A stretch of DNA of 63,482 nucleotides, filler included, from Hyphochytrium catenoides (lineage: Eukaryota; Protista; Hyphochytriomycota), in the NCBI GenBank assembly GCA_900088475.1. It is 9 parts of 9 records of this genome, joined end to end, with 100 filler letters (N's around TTAATTAATTAA, not from the genome) between each part and the next. Parts side by side here need not be neighbours in the genome. Positions count along the whole stretch, not along the records: positions 31,102 to 38,604 come from FLMG01003533.1; positions 38,705 to 46,214 come from FLMG01001582.1; 7 more parts are not named here. One strand, written 5' to 3'. How positions within the stretch are numbered: position 1 is the stretch's first letter; the number at the start of each line of letters is the position of its first letter. Below, piece after piece: positions 35,001 through 46,314 of this stretch. Made by a program: the position numbers and the translations under genes. The notes under the pieces were generated by a model that saw only the letters and a list, made by a program, of their open reading frames with translations, had not been told where the DNA came from and ran no database searches.

Positions 35001-38000
35001 AACAGTTTGACGCAGACAAAGGGAGCTCTCATCGCACGAGCAAAATGAGAGGGCATCGGATTGTTGTCAAGCAGCTATTCAATCAAAGTTGAACGCAGAA
35101 CTTCTTCTTGATTCCTCAGACCTTTCAGTAGCTTTTGCCTAAGAGCAATCACATCCTCCTTGTTAACAACAAAAAAAGCATCCTGCAGCCTTCGGCAGAA
35201 CATTTTGAACGCCCCGTGCTTTTTACTGAGAGCCCTTGTTATGCGCATCATCGCGTGCAAGGCGTCCAACTTAATCTGGGTGACGTATACCGAGCAAGTT
35301 AGTGAAAATTAGATTCACCAGGTGGCGTGCAAGGTAGCTCATAGACTGGACACTACCTTCACTTTCAACCATTCTTCTTCGTCTGCAGAGGCAGCACCAG
35401 GGCCTAAATTTATAGGGACATCTTCTGCGTCTGCTCCGTCACCATCCGCTGCACCGGTAGGACCAATGAACCCCTTTCTCCCTTTACTTTTAAGAGGGAA
35501 TAACCCAACACCTTCGCATAATCCCGGTGATCCACCAGTGGAAGCACCATTATTCTCCCCAAAGCGACAACATAGACATTGTTGCAGGTCAAATGTTGCA
35601 TCATCTTCATCCTCTTCATCATCAATCTCCAGGTCGTTTGGGTCCAGTGTCCCGGCAGTTTCATAAAGTTCTCGAAATGTCCTGTCATCACTGGTGTCGA
35701 ATTCCTCAGAAGTACCGGCATAATCCTCAGGCTGGTGTTTACCTTGGTTAGTGGTAACTTGCGGCTCTTCCTGCCCTTCGCCAGGGGGCACAATTCGTAG
35801 ACAACGAATAGGCCAAACCACAGAGCTGTTCACCGCCATCTCCATCGATATTCCTTGGAGGCCTTGAGTGGCTTCTTCAACGTACAAGGGAAGGATGCTG
35901 CCAGACAGATACGCTTTGGCAATCCTCACAACGACACGCTTCTTATTAACGACGATAGTTCTCCCGAAGACTGTATGCTGCTTTCTAGTCTCAGACCGCC
36001 GCCGACCGGCTTGCTGTTCACACACCTGGACCAGCTGAGCTTGACCAATGACTTTCCTCTCGTTTTTCGACAAGAGGTTCACCTTGATGCCCGGTCGTAG
36101 TTCCGCAGCTGACGGTCTAGCCTGTTCATGGGTAGCCCTTGTAAGAATAAGCTTCTCGTAGATTTCCAGCGACACTGCAGCATCCTTTGCTGCATAGAGC
36201 ATTTGCTTCTCATTTAGCTCTCTAGCCTCCCAATCGGAAAGTCTTACGTTCTCGGACTTGTCTAGCCACGCTCCATTGAGAAATACCTCGCATAGCACCC
36301 GCAATGAGCTCTTTCTGTGGTTTAGGAAGCCTTTCTGCGCCGCCAGCTCTGCCAGCTCTATGGAGCCATGGATTGTAACACCAAAATCCTCCGTCATTTT
36401 CTTAGCATCTTGTCCCACGCAGCGGCCAGCCTTTTTGATGGACCCATCCCGAAATATTTGGCCCAGCTTGTAAGGCAATCGCCTTTTCAAGCTACCCTCC
36501 TTGTCAAAAAGTTTACGGGTACGGAAAAGGTAGATGCGAAGCTGACCGGTCTGTCTGCTTCTATAGGCCACCTGAACCAGGGATATCTTTCCTCTATGGC
36601 CCCCACCGTTAACAACCCATTCAATGTCAAACCCAATTTCCTTTACGCCTTCGTTGAGAAGCTTCTCACAGAGATGATTCGCAGCAGCATCACTAGTCTC
36701 AGTTCCGTCCAGATCTATCATCTGGATCTGTTCTGCAGAGAGCTGGTATGGCTTTCCTGAGGGCACCTGTCTGGTATTGGTAGAAGAATCTCCTCCTGAT
36801 GATAACGATTCAAAATGGCGAGAGAAGACATCAAACAGCTGGCAACAATTATCAACGTAGCATACTTCCGGCTTCTCGAAGCCGTTAAGTTCGCAGCGGT
36901 TCTTGATGCCTTCGAGAAGCTTTCCAATCTCCTCGCCTGATTCAGACTCCAGGAAGGTGAACCCAGCTACCTGATGATACTGATTGAGCACAGTGTAGAG
37001 TAAAGAGTGAGGATTCTCGCCCCCGACTTGAACCCTCTTCGCAATCTTATAACTCCCATCGGCTTTGATAACCTGTAGACCGCTGACCATCTGCATCCTT
37101 CTATCAAGCCACTTCTCTCTTCTCTCAAGTGCCTCAATAAGAATAGACATAAGGTATGTCTCTGAAGGGATGCTACCACCGTATTCTTTGCTAAAGAAGA
37201 GGGGAAAGTCGTTAGGGTTCTGCAAGAGATCCCGAATCTCGTCGGGAGAACTACGAAGCAATTGAGAAAGAGTCGGCTGATACCCAGTTTCCTTTTGGAC
37301 TGCCATGGATGATCTGCCTACAGCTGATATGTAGGCTCGGAATAGCCGGGCGTGCGTTTGCAGGTAATTGTCCTTAATGAAGGCATGGAAAGAGGAGACA
37401 CTGAGTCCGGGAGAGAAGGTCACTAGCTTCCTTAGGGTCTCGCAAAGCTCTATACTGACTGCACCTTTGTGGGTTATAACGCAGGGGAAATCATCCGCGA
37501 TATCAGGAGCCATCATGTCAATCACTTCTCTGGCGTAGCCGTTATACGATTTCTTACAATCGCCGCATCGATAGCGTTTACAGATGATGAAGAAAATGTC
37601 ATTAAGCCCATACACCTGACGTGGTCCATGGGGGTTGAAGCCTTCACTCTTAACATTGTCAGCCTTCTTACACCAAGGACATGGAAGAACACCGAAAGGG
37701 TAGACCTGCTGCTGGACATACTCAGGGACCCATACAAAAAGCTTCTTAAGGCATCGCTCCATAGGGCGGAGCGACCTGCCATCATCGCCGGGCTCAGGAA
37801 AGTTGACATTGCGAGGTCTCACCCAATAGCTACCTTTATGCGGCCAGGTTCCTTGTACTCGGATACTGTTCCGCCTTGGACCCTTAACAAGCCGAATAGA
37901 TTCCTTGATGGTGGTCACGGCGTCCTGCATCCAGATTTTCTGAAAGGATGGGATAGCTGCTTCCTCCTCGGCCCTGGGATCATCCTCTAGAAAAACGCTG

Positions 38001-38437
38001 GGTTCCTCAACTTGCTCTTCAATTGGGAATACTGGCTCCTCCTTCTTCGCCTTCTTCGAGCCCACCACCTTGGCGGTGGCATTCTTGGGTGCTAAGTAAT
38101 CGCTACCAGCATCATCATCCGGAGGCGTTGGACTCGCTGCTAGTGTTGTTGGGCCTGCGTGCAACTCAGCAGCCTCCCTACCAGAGAAAAGAGAGCGATT
38201 TGCTGCGTCGCCAACAGCACCACCATTACTAGTAAAAGCCTTCTCTACCGCCTCTACCGCTGCCTCCAATCTACGCTTTTTTGCCACCTGATACTCCACT
38301 CTCTTGCTCTTCTGCTTGTTCGACAAATTTTCTTCAGCAGGATCTCTCCAGGGACAAGTGGACCTGTAATGCTGGGGGCCCGGTGCTCGGTTCTTGCACA
38401 AGCTGCAAGTTCCTCCGCTTCCCTTAGCACGTCCCAT
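32001..38437 (-). mobile_element. Intron-containing DNA-transposon polyprotein: Zn knuckle + DUF6729-like region + Mutator/ISL3-like DDE transposase with embedded DEDDy 3'-5' exonuclease + Ulp1/C48 protease
   Basis: Eight exons splice in frame at GT-AG. Motifs in order: CSLC..H..TC; CPWC..GPRQVYGL..YRCGDC; KADGSYK (D1); YVDNCC (D2); GFDIEW / VGQDAK / YAAKDA (ExoI-III); KLDALHAMMR; GCLSD; RGTSDL|EGFH (E); RWN; WLNDE|VIN; NHW, YYDSL, QTNSFDCGVF (C48 catalytic residues). Confidence 0.88.
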
Positions 38438-40104
38438 AGTCCTATGTGGTGATGGAAAGCAAGATGACGATAAAACTAGTGACGATGCCGCTCGCTGGTC
38501 CCGGTCCTGCTGCTTGATAAGCTAGTACGTACTTATCAGCAGTGTAATGTAATGTGTGTTTGACCAATTTGTGCTGCTTCTGTCTGCTTGCTGGAAATAT
38601 TGTCNNNNNNNNNNNNNNNNNNNNNNNNNNNNNNNNNNNNNNNNNNNNTTAATTAATTAANNNNNNNNNNNNNNNNNNNNNNNNNNNNNNNNNNNNNNNN
38701 NNNNATTAGTTAGGACTCCCCCGAACAAACGGAAACAGTGGTCCTTACTTCTACGTGTCGACCGTATTGCTTTTTGCTGATGTTGCATTCTACGGCCACT
38801 ACTGCTGCTGTGTTGTCACGCTGTAAACCTAGTTTAGCTTAAGTTTTTCTTGATCTTTGGGGAACAGCAAGTCACGTCTGTTTTCCCGAGGTTTAAGCCT
38901 CTGTGAGTTGCTGAATAAAATATACCTATCGAAGCGAACTTGGACGAGTCCCTCAGATGGCGATGGGTGCCTCTTCATTATATCTTGAAAGCCTTCCCTT
39001 GAGCCTTCTGTTGGCTGCTGTTGGTAATAGAGACGAGCGGCACAATTGTCCACCTATCAAGCTTCTTGAGCGAACGTGCCGCCATCTCTGTGAGCCATCT
39101 AAACCTCAAACATGGAGCAGTACAGCTGTGAAGAGTCCTATAATGGCAGCTGTGACCCATACCATCGTGTCTCTGAATTTCTCACCAGAACCATTGACCA
39201 ATATTACACCTAAGGCTTTGGAATACGTGCCTTCCTATACATTGAGGAGTGTGGCTCATGGGGCGGAGATTGATGGTGCAGGACAGACAGCTTTCGGCAA
39301 CTTTAACCTGGCGCCAAACGAACACATTATAATGGAGGGCCAATGGAGGAGTTTATCCGCGCTTGAAGTCTGTGAGACTTTGGATTGATTGACCTAAGCC
39401 GCGCTAAGCTCTGCGGAGCAGGAAATGGCTTGGGTGCTTGATCTCAAGTTATACCGGGCGGCAGGACTACGTCAACAGAGCTCTATTTTGTTCGATCTAA
39501 CAAATGTACCATCAGGGCCCTTCCTCATCACGACACATAGGGTTTCGTCGACACTCCGGCGCCAATTCTGAGAGCCAAGAGCAGCCCTCCAGCTCTTTCT
39601 AAAAGGCACGGTCAAGCTTTGGTAGTAAGGCAGAGAAGCCGCCGCCCACCACTCTTGCGAGAGCATACAGTGCAAGAAATAGCTTCTGCGCTTTGAGGAC
39701 TTTCGTAGCCAAAGGAAGAAGGACGTACGGTTCTGACAAAGAGGCTGGCTGTAAAAGAAATCTTGTCGATTGAGGACATCGAGAAGACAGGTTCTAGACG
39801 AGTTCCATTCAGCCTCATTGAGGACTTGCTTGAAGATCGAAGGGTCCCAAGTACTAGGAGTCGGGCCTCTCATAGGGTGAAACAGATCTAGCAATCATCT
39901 TGTGAACCAGGTAGACAATAAATAGAATAAGATAGAGGAGCAAGCTCTGGAGCTCGCCCTCTGATATGAGTAATCCAGTCCATTGGCCTGAATTAGGTTT
40001 TGGATGTTGTCGAGTGGATTCTGAATAGGAGGAGGTGTACTGTAGAGAGAAGAGAAAAGAGAAGGAAGGAGAGAGGAGAAGAGGATACTATCCTCTTCTC
40101 CTCT

Positions 40105-42022
40105 CTAGGCATCGTCGGAACCTGTGAGGTTTGCCGAGTATGCGGAGAGGCGCTTCATAAGATTCTGCCACGTATTATCATGGACCATTTGTCGCAGCTC
40201 GTCGAGAGTAAGAGCAGCATCGCCAGGGTTCTTCTTCAGGTAGATGGTGGCCAGAGACAGAGTTCGATGACGCCTAATTCGATCATTCATCCAGAACTTG
40301 AAGCGATCATGTTCTGCAAAGGGATAGTAGAGGTCTCCACTGACAGGATCCTTCTCTGCGTACCGCATCAGATGGGCCGTGGCATCAGTCTCGGATACGG
40401 CGTGCATCCTATCTAGCTTGGTAGGATCCCCTACTCCAAGAGGAAACAGCTTCACAAACGCCATCGAAGCTAACGATGGAGTGTCAAACTCGTTTATAGC
40501 TTGAGAACCAGCTTCAGGCCAAGCAAAGGCACGATGCAGTCGATCTAGTTCCAGTGGCTCATTGCCACAATCCTGCACGAAGGAATAGTATGGGGAGCTA
40601 TCTTCATCGTCAAGCTCATCCTCGGTACGAGCAGGGATGGGACCTTGATCAGGTTCCTCCTGTGGACAGTCATCACTCTCAATAATTTCCGGCAGACTAA
40701 GAAGAATGCCATCTTCAGGCAATGTATTACAGTTCTCTTGACTAAAGGTGATATTTCGTTTGATGAACTCAGGATGATGCCGTACCAGAAAGTGCCCAAC
40801 AGCCTCGACGCGTACTCGGTTCACTTTACACTCAGCGGAAGTATTCTCTTGGCCATTCCTTTTTACAATTATGACGGGCACATTCCCGGCTGAGCGAGGA
40901 ACCTCGTTGATGAAGGCAATAGAATCCTGACGAAAGTTCGCAACATAACCTCGATGAATGTTCTGACCACTCTTGAGCTTAAAAACAGACATAATCGGAA
41001 GAACAGGCGACAGTAGCATCTCCTCGACCATCGTCAGTTTTCTCAGATGGACTTGAATCTCCGCAGGAACCGTTGTGGAAATACTGGGAAGCATGCCATT
41101 ATCACTTCCAAACTTGGCCCCAGCTGTGTACAAGGGAAAGCGAACAAGCAGAATGTTAAAAGATCTTCACCATTCTTATTACTGCCAAAGAATGCACCTT
41201 TCTTGCAACGCCTGCATTTGTAATTTGGAGAGGCAAAGCTCTTGTCAGTTGTAGGCCAAAGTTCCCGACAATTGATGCAATGGCCCTGATTATACTTGTC
41301 CATATTCATGTGGAACTTGCGCATCGCTTCCGTACACCATGGTTGTTTGTGAAGTGGACCATTCACAGCCGCGTCAAACCTTTCAAGATAAGCTGTCTTG
41401 GACATCGGAGCGGCCCCAGCTTCAGCCGCAGAATTTATCACTGTTCTTCGAGCATCTCTGTCGCGAGCACGTCTTACCTCCCGCTGTGCAACAGATTCGG
41501 CATTTCGGCGTGCGACGGCAGCTGTCATTGAGATCCTAAAGTTAGTTGCATGAAAGCATGACCTGCGACCTCAAGAAAGAGACAAGCAGCATAATATATA
41601 CCACGAGCATTTTGAACCCGTCTTGCTTGAGCTTGAGCTTCTGTCTCAGCGTGACGGCGAGCGGCAGTGGCTTTCAGCGACACGCAAAGAGGAGTATGGT
41701 TAGGAAGCGGGCTGTGTGTAGAGTCCTAGTGCTAATCGTCACAAAAGTGCCGTCTATCTTAATAACAGGCCACGCTGTCAAAGGACACATAATGGAGAAA
41801 CAGGCGGATAAATAGAACAACTTGACCGCTACCTGCTGCATCCTGCTGACGACAAAAAGCAGCACGACTTGAGTTTCGTCGCGCTCGAGAGTTTCGCACC
41901 CGACGTCTATTTAGGCACCGGCGCTTGGTATTCGGAGTTTCCGCATATTCCCGGGTATCGATGGGCAGCAGCAGCCGTCTCGCACCCGTCCTAGCGAGGG
42001 GTGGAGTTTCTAGCGCCGGCAC
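40105..42022 (-). mobile_element. Helitron-like Rep gene, N-terminal part only (Zn finger, DUF6570-like region, start of Helitron_like_N); 3'-truncated
   Basis: CINC..CRRC, LTMVEEMLLSPVLP..GQ..GYVANFRQD, VNRVRV, INEFDTPSLASMAFVKLFPLGVGDP and FAEHDRFKFW...NLTGSD. The frame stops exactly where the conserved GS-x-x-YW is expected. No HUH/Y2 or Pif1 helicase motifs follow. Confidence 0.82.
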
Positions 42023-44069
42023 TGCTTCACCTGCGCCTTCGTCCTGCTGTTATCGTCTTCATTATTCATCATCACTACCGCAGCGCAGGCTTGTTGTTGA
42101 CCACCATCGTTGTCTTAATCCCCAGGCCTCGTCGCCACCATCATGCTTCTTCCTTCTTGCCTTTGATGAGAATCTGCTCTTTCTCTACTATCATCTCCTT
42201 CTTCCTGCTATCGGACGAGTGGTGACGTCTTCTACTGCTTGCTGCCCTCAGCAAGCCTTCCTGAGAAGACCTCCCCCCACCCCTATCTCCCTCTCCTCTT
42301 TCTCACTAGGAAAGGCTACGAGTAGAATGAAGAAGTGGCTTGAGTCAGAGTGACGCGATGGGTAAAGTAATCAAGGACTGGGTTACTGAAGTAATCACGG
42401 GCTGGGTGGATGGGAGCCACCTGCAACCTGGCCTATCCATCCCAATTTGTGGTGACGTATATCCTCCCTCCGAGAGCTGTTGTTGGCTTGGGCCTCAGGG
42501 GCGTGATGCATCTCGAGCATTACCGACACACAGAAAATGGAAAGGATGATCTTCGCCTTTCACTTCAGGCACATTCACTAATAGCTTCGCCCTTCGGGCT
42601 CGCAATTATTGTCTGGGGGAAGGTTGACAAGTTGGTAGTAGTAGAACCACCATCAGAACCCACTACTTTTATTGACCACTCTTAGAAAGCTCTTACTAGA
42701 ACCCACTGCTATTAGTCTGCTTACAGGCCACACAAGCGGACAATTGGACAGTGCTGTTCTCCCTTAGAAAATCGTTGCTGAGAGAAAGTCTTTCCTGGGG
42801 TTCTTATTACGATGGACGATGTAGAAATTATCTTTATTAGTCAGCACAATGTTCAAGAGAAAGAGAGGGAGAGATTGAGATCATCACCATTGTGTTGGAT
42901 GTTGGAAGCCAGCAAATCCTCCTCCTGCCCTGCTATGAGTAGTTCTATTGTACCTAAGAAGTCAACCGTGAGAAGAAAGAGTTACCGTTTATTCGCTGCT
43001 GCTGCTGCTGCTTTCTGGCCTCGATAAGACCGGGCGTCACTAACAATAATAATAAATAAGTCTCTACCTCGCGAGTTTTCAAACGGACCGCTACTATTAC
43101 CGCGGTAGACTAAAGTTGATTTTATTGTTATTATTGGTGGTATGATCTTTGTCGCTCTATTGAAGGAGTCGAAGAAGAGGGAGAAAGTAAGGAAAGGAAA
43201 GAAGTAGATAGATAGATGGAAATAGATAAGCCTTAGATAGAGTGAGTGGTGAGAGAAAGAAAGAAAAGAGAGAGGACAGGGAAAGGGACGGAGCAAGAGA
43301 GAGCGAAAGAGAGGTGGGAGAGGGAGACAGAGAGACATACAGACAGAGGAAGAAAAGAACGGAGAAGATAAAGCCCCATAGCGCCTTCGTCTCGTTCAGC
43401 GCATCTTCTAAGTGAAGAAATTGACTAAAAGAAGATCGACTTCGGACTTGCAGTGACGTGCCTATCTCGTACAATGAGATAGTCGTTCCCCCTCTCTCTT
43501 CTCGTTCATGCTGCCTCTCGTTCTCCCTCTCTCTGACTTTCTTTCCTCTCTTCTATGCTCTCCGTCCGTCTCTCTCACTACTTGCTCACTTTCTTTCTTT
43601 CCCCACCTCATCATACTTTTATCCCTTCCTTCCTCCTTTTGCTACGTACCGTCGGACGGCGGAAACGCCTTACGTGCGGTCTCTTGTCATGAGTTGAAGA
43701 AAATACGAAGGGAGAGGCCAGGAACAGACGACGTCTGCGCTCTGGCCCTCAGTCTCTTCGTGAGCTCTGTCTTTCTCCCTGCTGCCAATCTTGGCTGCTG
43801 TCCTCTTCATCAGTGTTTTCCCCTTCTCGAGTTCGACTGTCTCTAGAATGCCTTCTATTCTCTCTCTACCTTCGGTTCGGAGTAGAAGCCCTCAGCTCTC
43901 GTTCTCCTTCTCTTCACCATTCTCTCCCAATCTAATCGTCCACTGTTGTTGTTGAGAGTGACAATCCCTCTGTCCGCTCACAATCCAAGTCTCAATCCGC
44001 CAAACAAGTCAACCCCCAACCAAGTCAACCATCTCCGGCACCGTATCTACTGCTCCAAGTGTAAGAAAT

Positions 44070-44447
44070 ATGGCTCGTATCCTCGCTCTTCTCACAGCTC
44101 TCGCCTCGGTCGCTCAGCTGGCCACCAGCACCACGACCATCACCGTCAACTGGAACACCTCGTTCGGCAAACAAGGACTGGCGGCTTTCCCTGGCGACGT
44201 GATTGACTTCAAGTTTGGCGCTGCGCACAATGTATGGTCTCACGCAACTCCCGCTGACTTTGAGAGCTGCAGAGCAAGCAAGCAACTCGCTCGCACTGGG
44301 TCTTCAGGTTTTCAGTTCACCGTGCCCGAGACAGCTAGGGCCGGAGATTCGTACTACTTTTCCTGCCAGACGACCGGCCACTGCAGGAATATGAGACTGG
44401 AGGTCCTTGTTGGCACTACAAGGCTCAGAGGTGAGAAGCAGCAGTAA
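44070..44447 (+). CDS. Small secreted phytocyanin/plantacyanin-like blue copper protein (cupredoxin)
   Basis: Signal peptide, GDVIDFKF..AHNVW, FESC and YYFSCQTTGHCRNMRL. This gives His/Cys/His/Met type-1 Cu ligands plus the phytocyanin disulfide cysteines. Confidence 0.85.
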   Translation: MARILALLTALASVAQLATSTTTITVNWNTSFGKQGLAAFPGDVIDFKFGAAHNVWSHATPADFESCRASKQLARTGSSGFQFTVPETARAGDSYYFSCQTTGHCRNMRLEVLVGTTRLRGEKQQ

Positions 44448-45548
44448 AGAAGCCACATTCATAGCGGGATCACACGTCATATCCCTTTCCGAGGGTCCGT
44501 TTTTTGCTATCATTTTTTTTATAAAGATACACCTTTCAGCATAATTCCCAGTGGTCTTCCTTGCTAATAGCTAAGGAGGAAGTAGAGACTAGGACGACAC
44601 ACGGTCGGCTACGAGTTATTCGAGGTTGCCGCTTCTCAGGGGTATGGCCATCATAATAACGAAATAGAGGAAGATATCCAAGAAGACAAGGCAGAGCGAT
44701 ACTTCTGTCTTTAGAAACCCAGGCAGTGATAGCTTGCGCGAGAGAGACGGCCGTAAGATACGACGGAAAAGGCCGTCTGGGCGAGAGAGAAGACTAGCTT
44801 GAGACTAAGAAAGGACAGAGCGAGCAAACAGCCACAGGGCGACGACAGCCACAACATCCGGGGCGCTGGTACGTGTCATCAAGGACAAGGAGTAAGCAAG
44901 AAGAAAGTAGGTTCACTGCCAGCAATAAGAGGTAGAGACCTGCCATCATAAACAACTACGACGGAGGAAGATCTGCGTTGAGAGGAGTCCATTCTTACCC
45001 TCTAAGCTGCTACTACAGTGCCGGCCGCTAACAAGCGTTTTGTAGGGCGGCCGTTGATTAACATCACATTTGGACTTAGGTCGCAACCGTCGTTGAGGTT
45101 CCCTCGCGAGGAAGTAGTCGGATGGGCTTCAAAATTGGACACTAGGCCTGCATGAATACAGAATTGCAGCACCTCACCTCTTTCCTCTTTGCCTCTCCTG
45201 CTAGCCGCGGGTGAAATCGACGGCGGATAAGATGAGATGGGCGGTGGGCATCACGCCTCTCCGACGGTCATCCAATTCTTAAGACCGATATCAAAATCTT
45301 TTTCAGAAGACATTGAAGAAGGCGTTACTGACAAAAAGAAGTGCTTCTACGTCCTTCTTACACTATTAATAGTGGTAGCGGGCCTGAGGAAACGCTTCCT
45401 CCTCAATCTCTACCATCCACTGTGGTTGGAGGTGGGAATGGCATCGTCGGATGAACAACTCCAACTGCTTCTAAGCCTAAGCTTCCCACTTAGTCTTTCT
45501 TCTAGTCCAGCTCCTGCATTATAGTCCTCTTTCCTTATAGTCTCTCCA

Positions 45549-46214
45549 TTATTCACTGACCCCTTGAAGCTTGTCAGGCGGTGCCACATCTTCCTGTTGA
45601 AGGTCTGGTTGCGGACTGACGCTGCTCCCTTTCCAATCTCCGGCCGCTTTAATGTGGGAGGCCATCGGAATCTCTAGCACTCTGACCCTGCTTCTAATAA
45701 AGACACAATCGTTGGGATGTTTCAAAGCCAGGTAGCTTGTCCGAATCATCAGTAACAGCAGCGTAAAGCCTCTATTGAGGCACATTTCCTTGACTGAGAT
45801 GCTCCAAGTAGAGCGAGGCACTCTATTGTCTGCCGCGTCTACAAGTCCGTGCAATAGATCTCAGTGGTAGTCGCACATTTGAGCAGGGTACTCAAAGTAG
45901 ATGAAGGGGAGGATCATTGCCCAGCCCAAGCTCCAAATGACAAGTGGCACTCTCATCCCTTTTCTGAGACTGACAGGGTAGCCGTCATACATTAGGAAGG
46001 TCTGAGCAGTCGACAGGAAAGTTATGAACGTCATAAGGATTTGGGAAAAGCGAAAGCAGAGTACCGCTGTTAGAGAGATTGAGAAGAGAAAATTCTCCGC
46101 CATGAAAAGCATTGCACCTACAGACCACAGCGCCACAGCGCCCTGACGAATAAGCTAAAGATTGCAAAGGACGACTGTCGAAGCATCACGAACGCTGCGA
46201 AGAGAGCGTACAGA
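45549..46214 (-). pseudogene. Fragment of a multi-pass membrane protein interrupted by an in-frame TGA
   Basis: ORFs 45861-46136 and 45549-45854 are in the same frame, separated by TGA at 45861-45863. Several hydrophobic segments; no family recognised; 5' end cut by the contig edge. Confidence 0.3.
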
Positions 46215-46314
46215 NNNNNNNNNNNNNNNNNNNNNNNNNNNNNNNNNNNNNNNNNNNNTTAATTAATTAANNNNNNNNNNNNNNNNNNNNNNNNNNNNNN
46301 NNNNNNNNNNNNNN

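Noticed and set aside
31102-46214. Transposase, Helitron and phytocyanin as one composite element or island
   Set aside because: An artificial linker at 38605-38704 separates the contigs, so the adjacency is not real.
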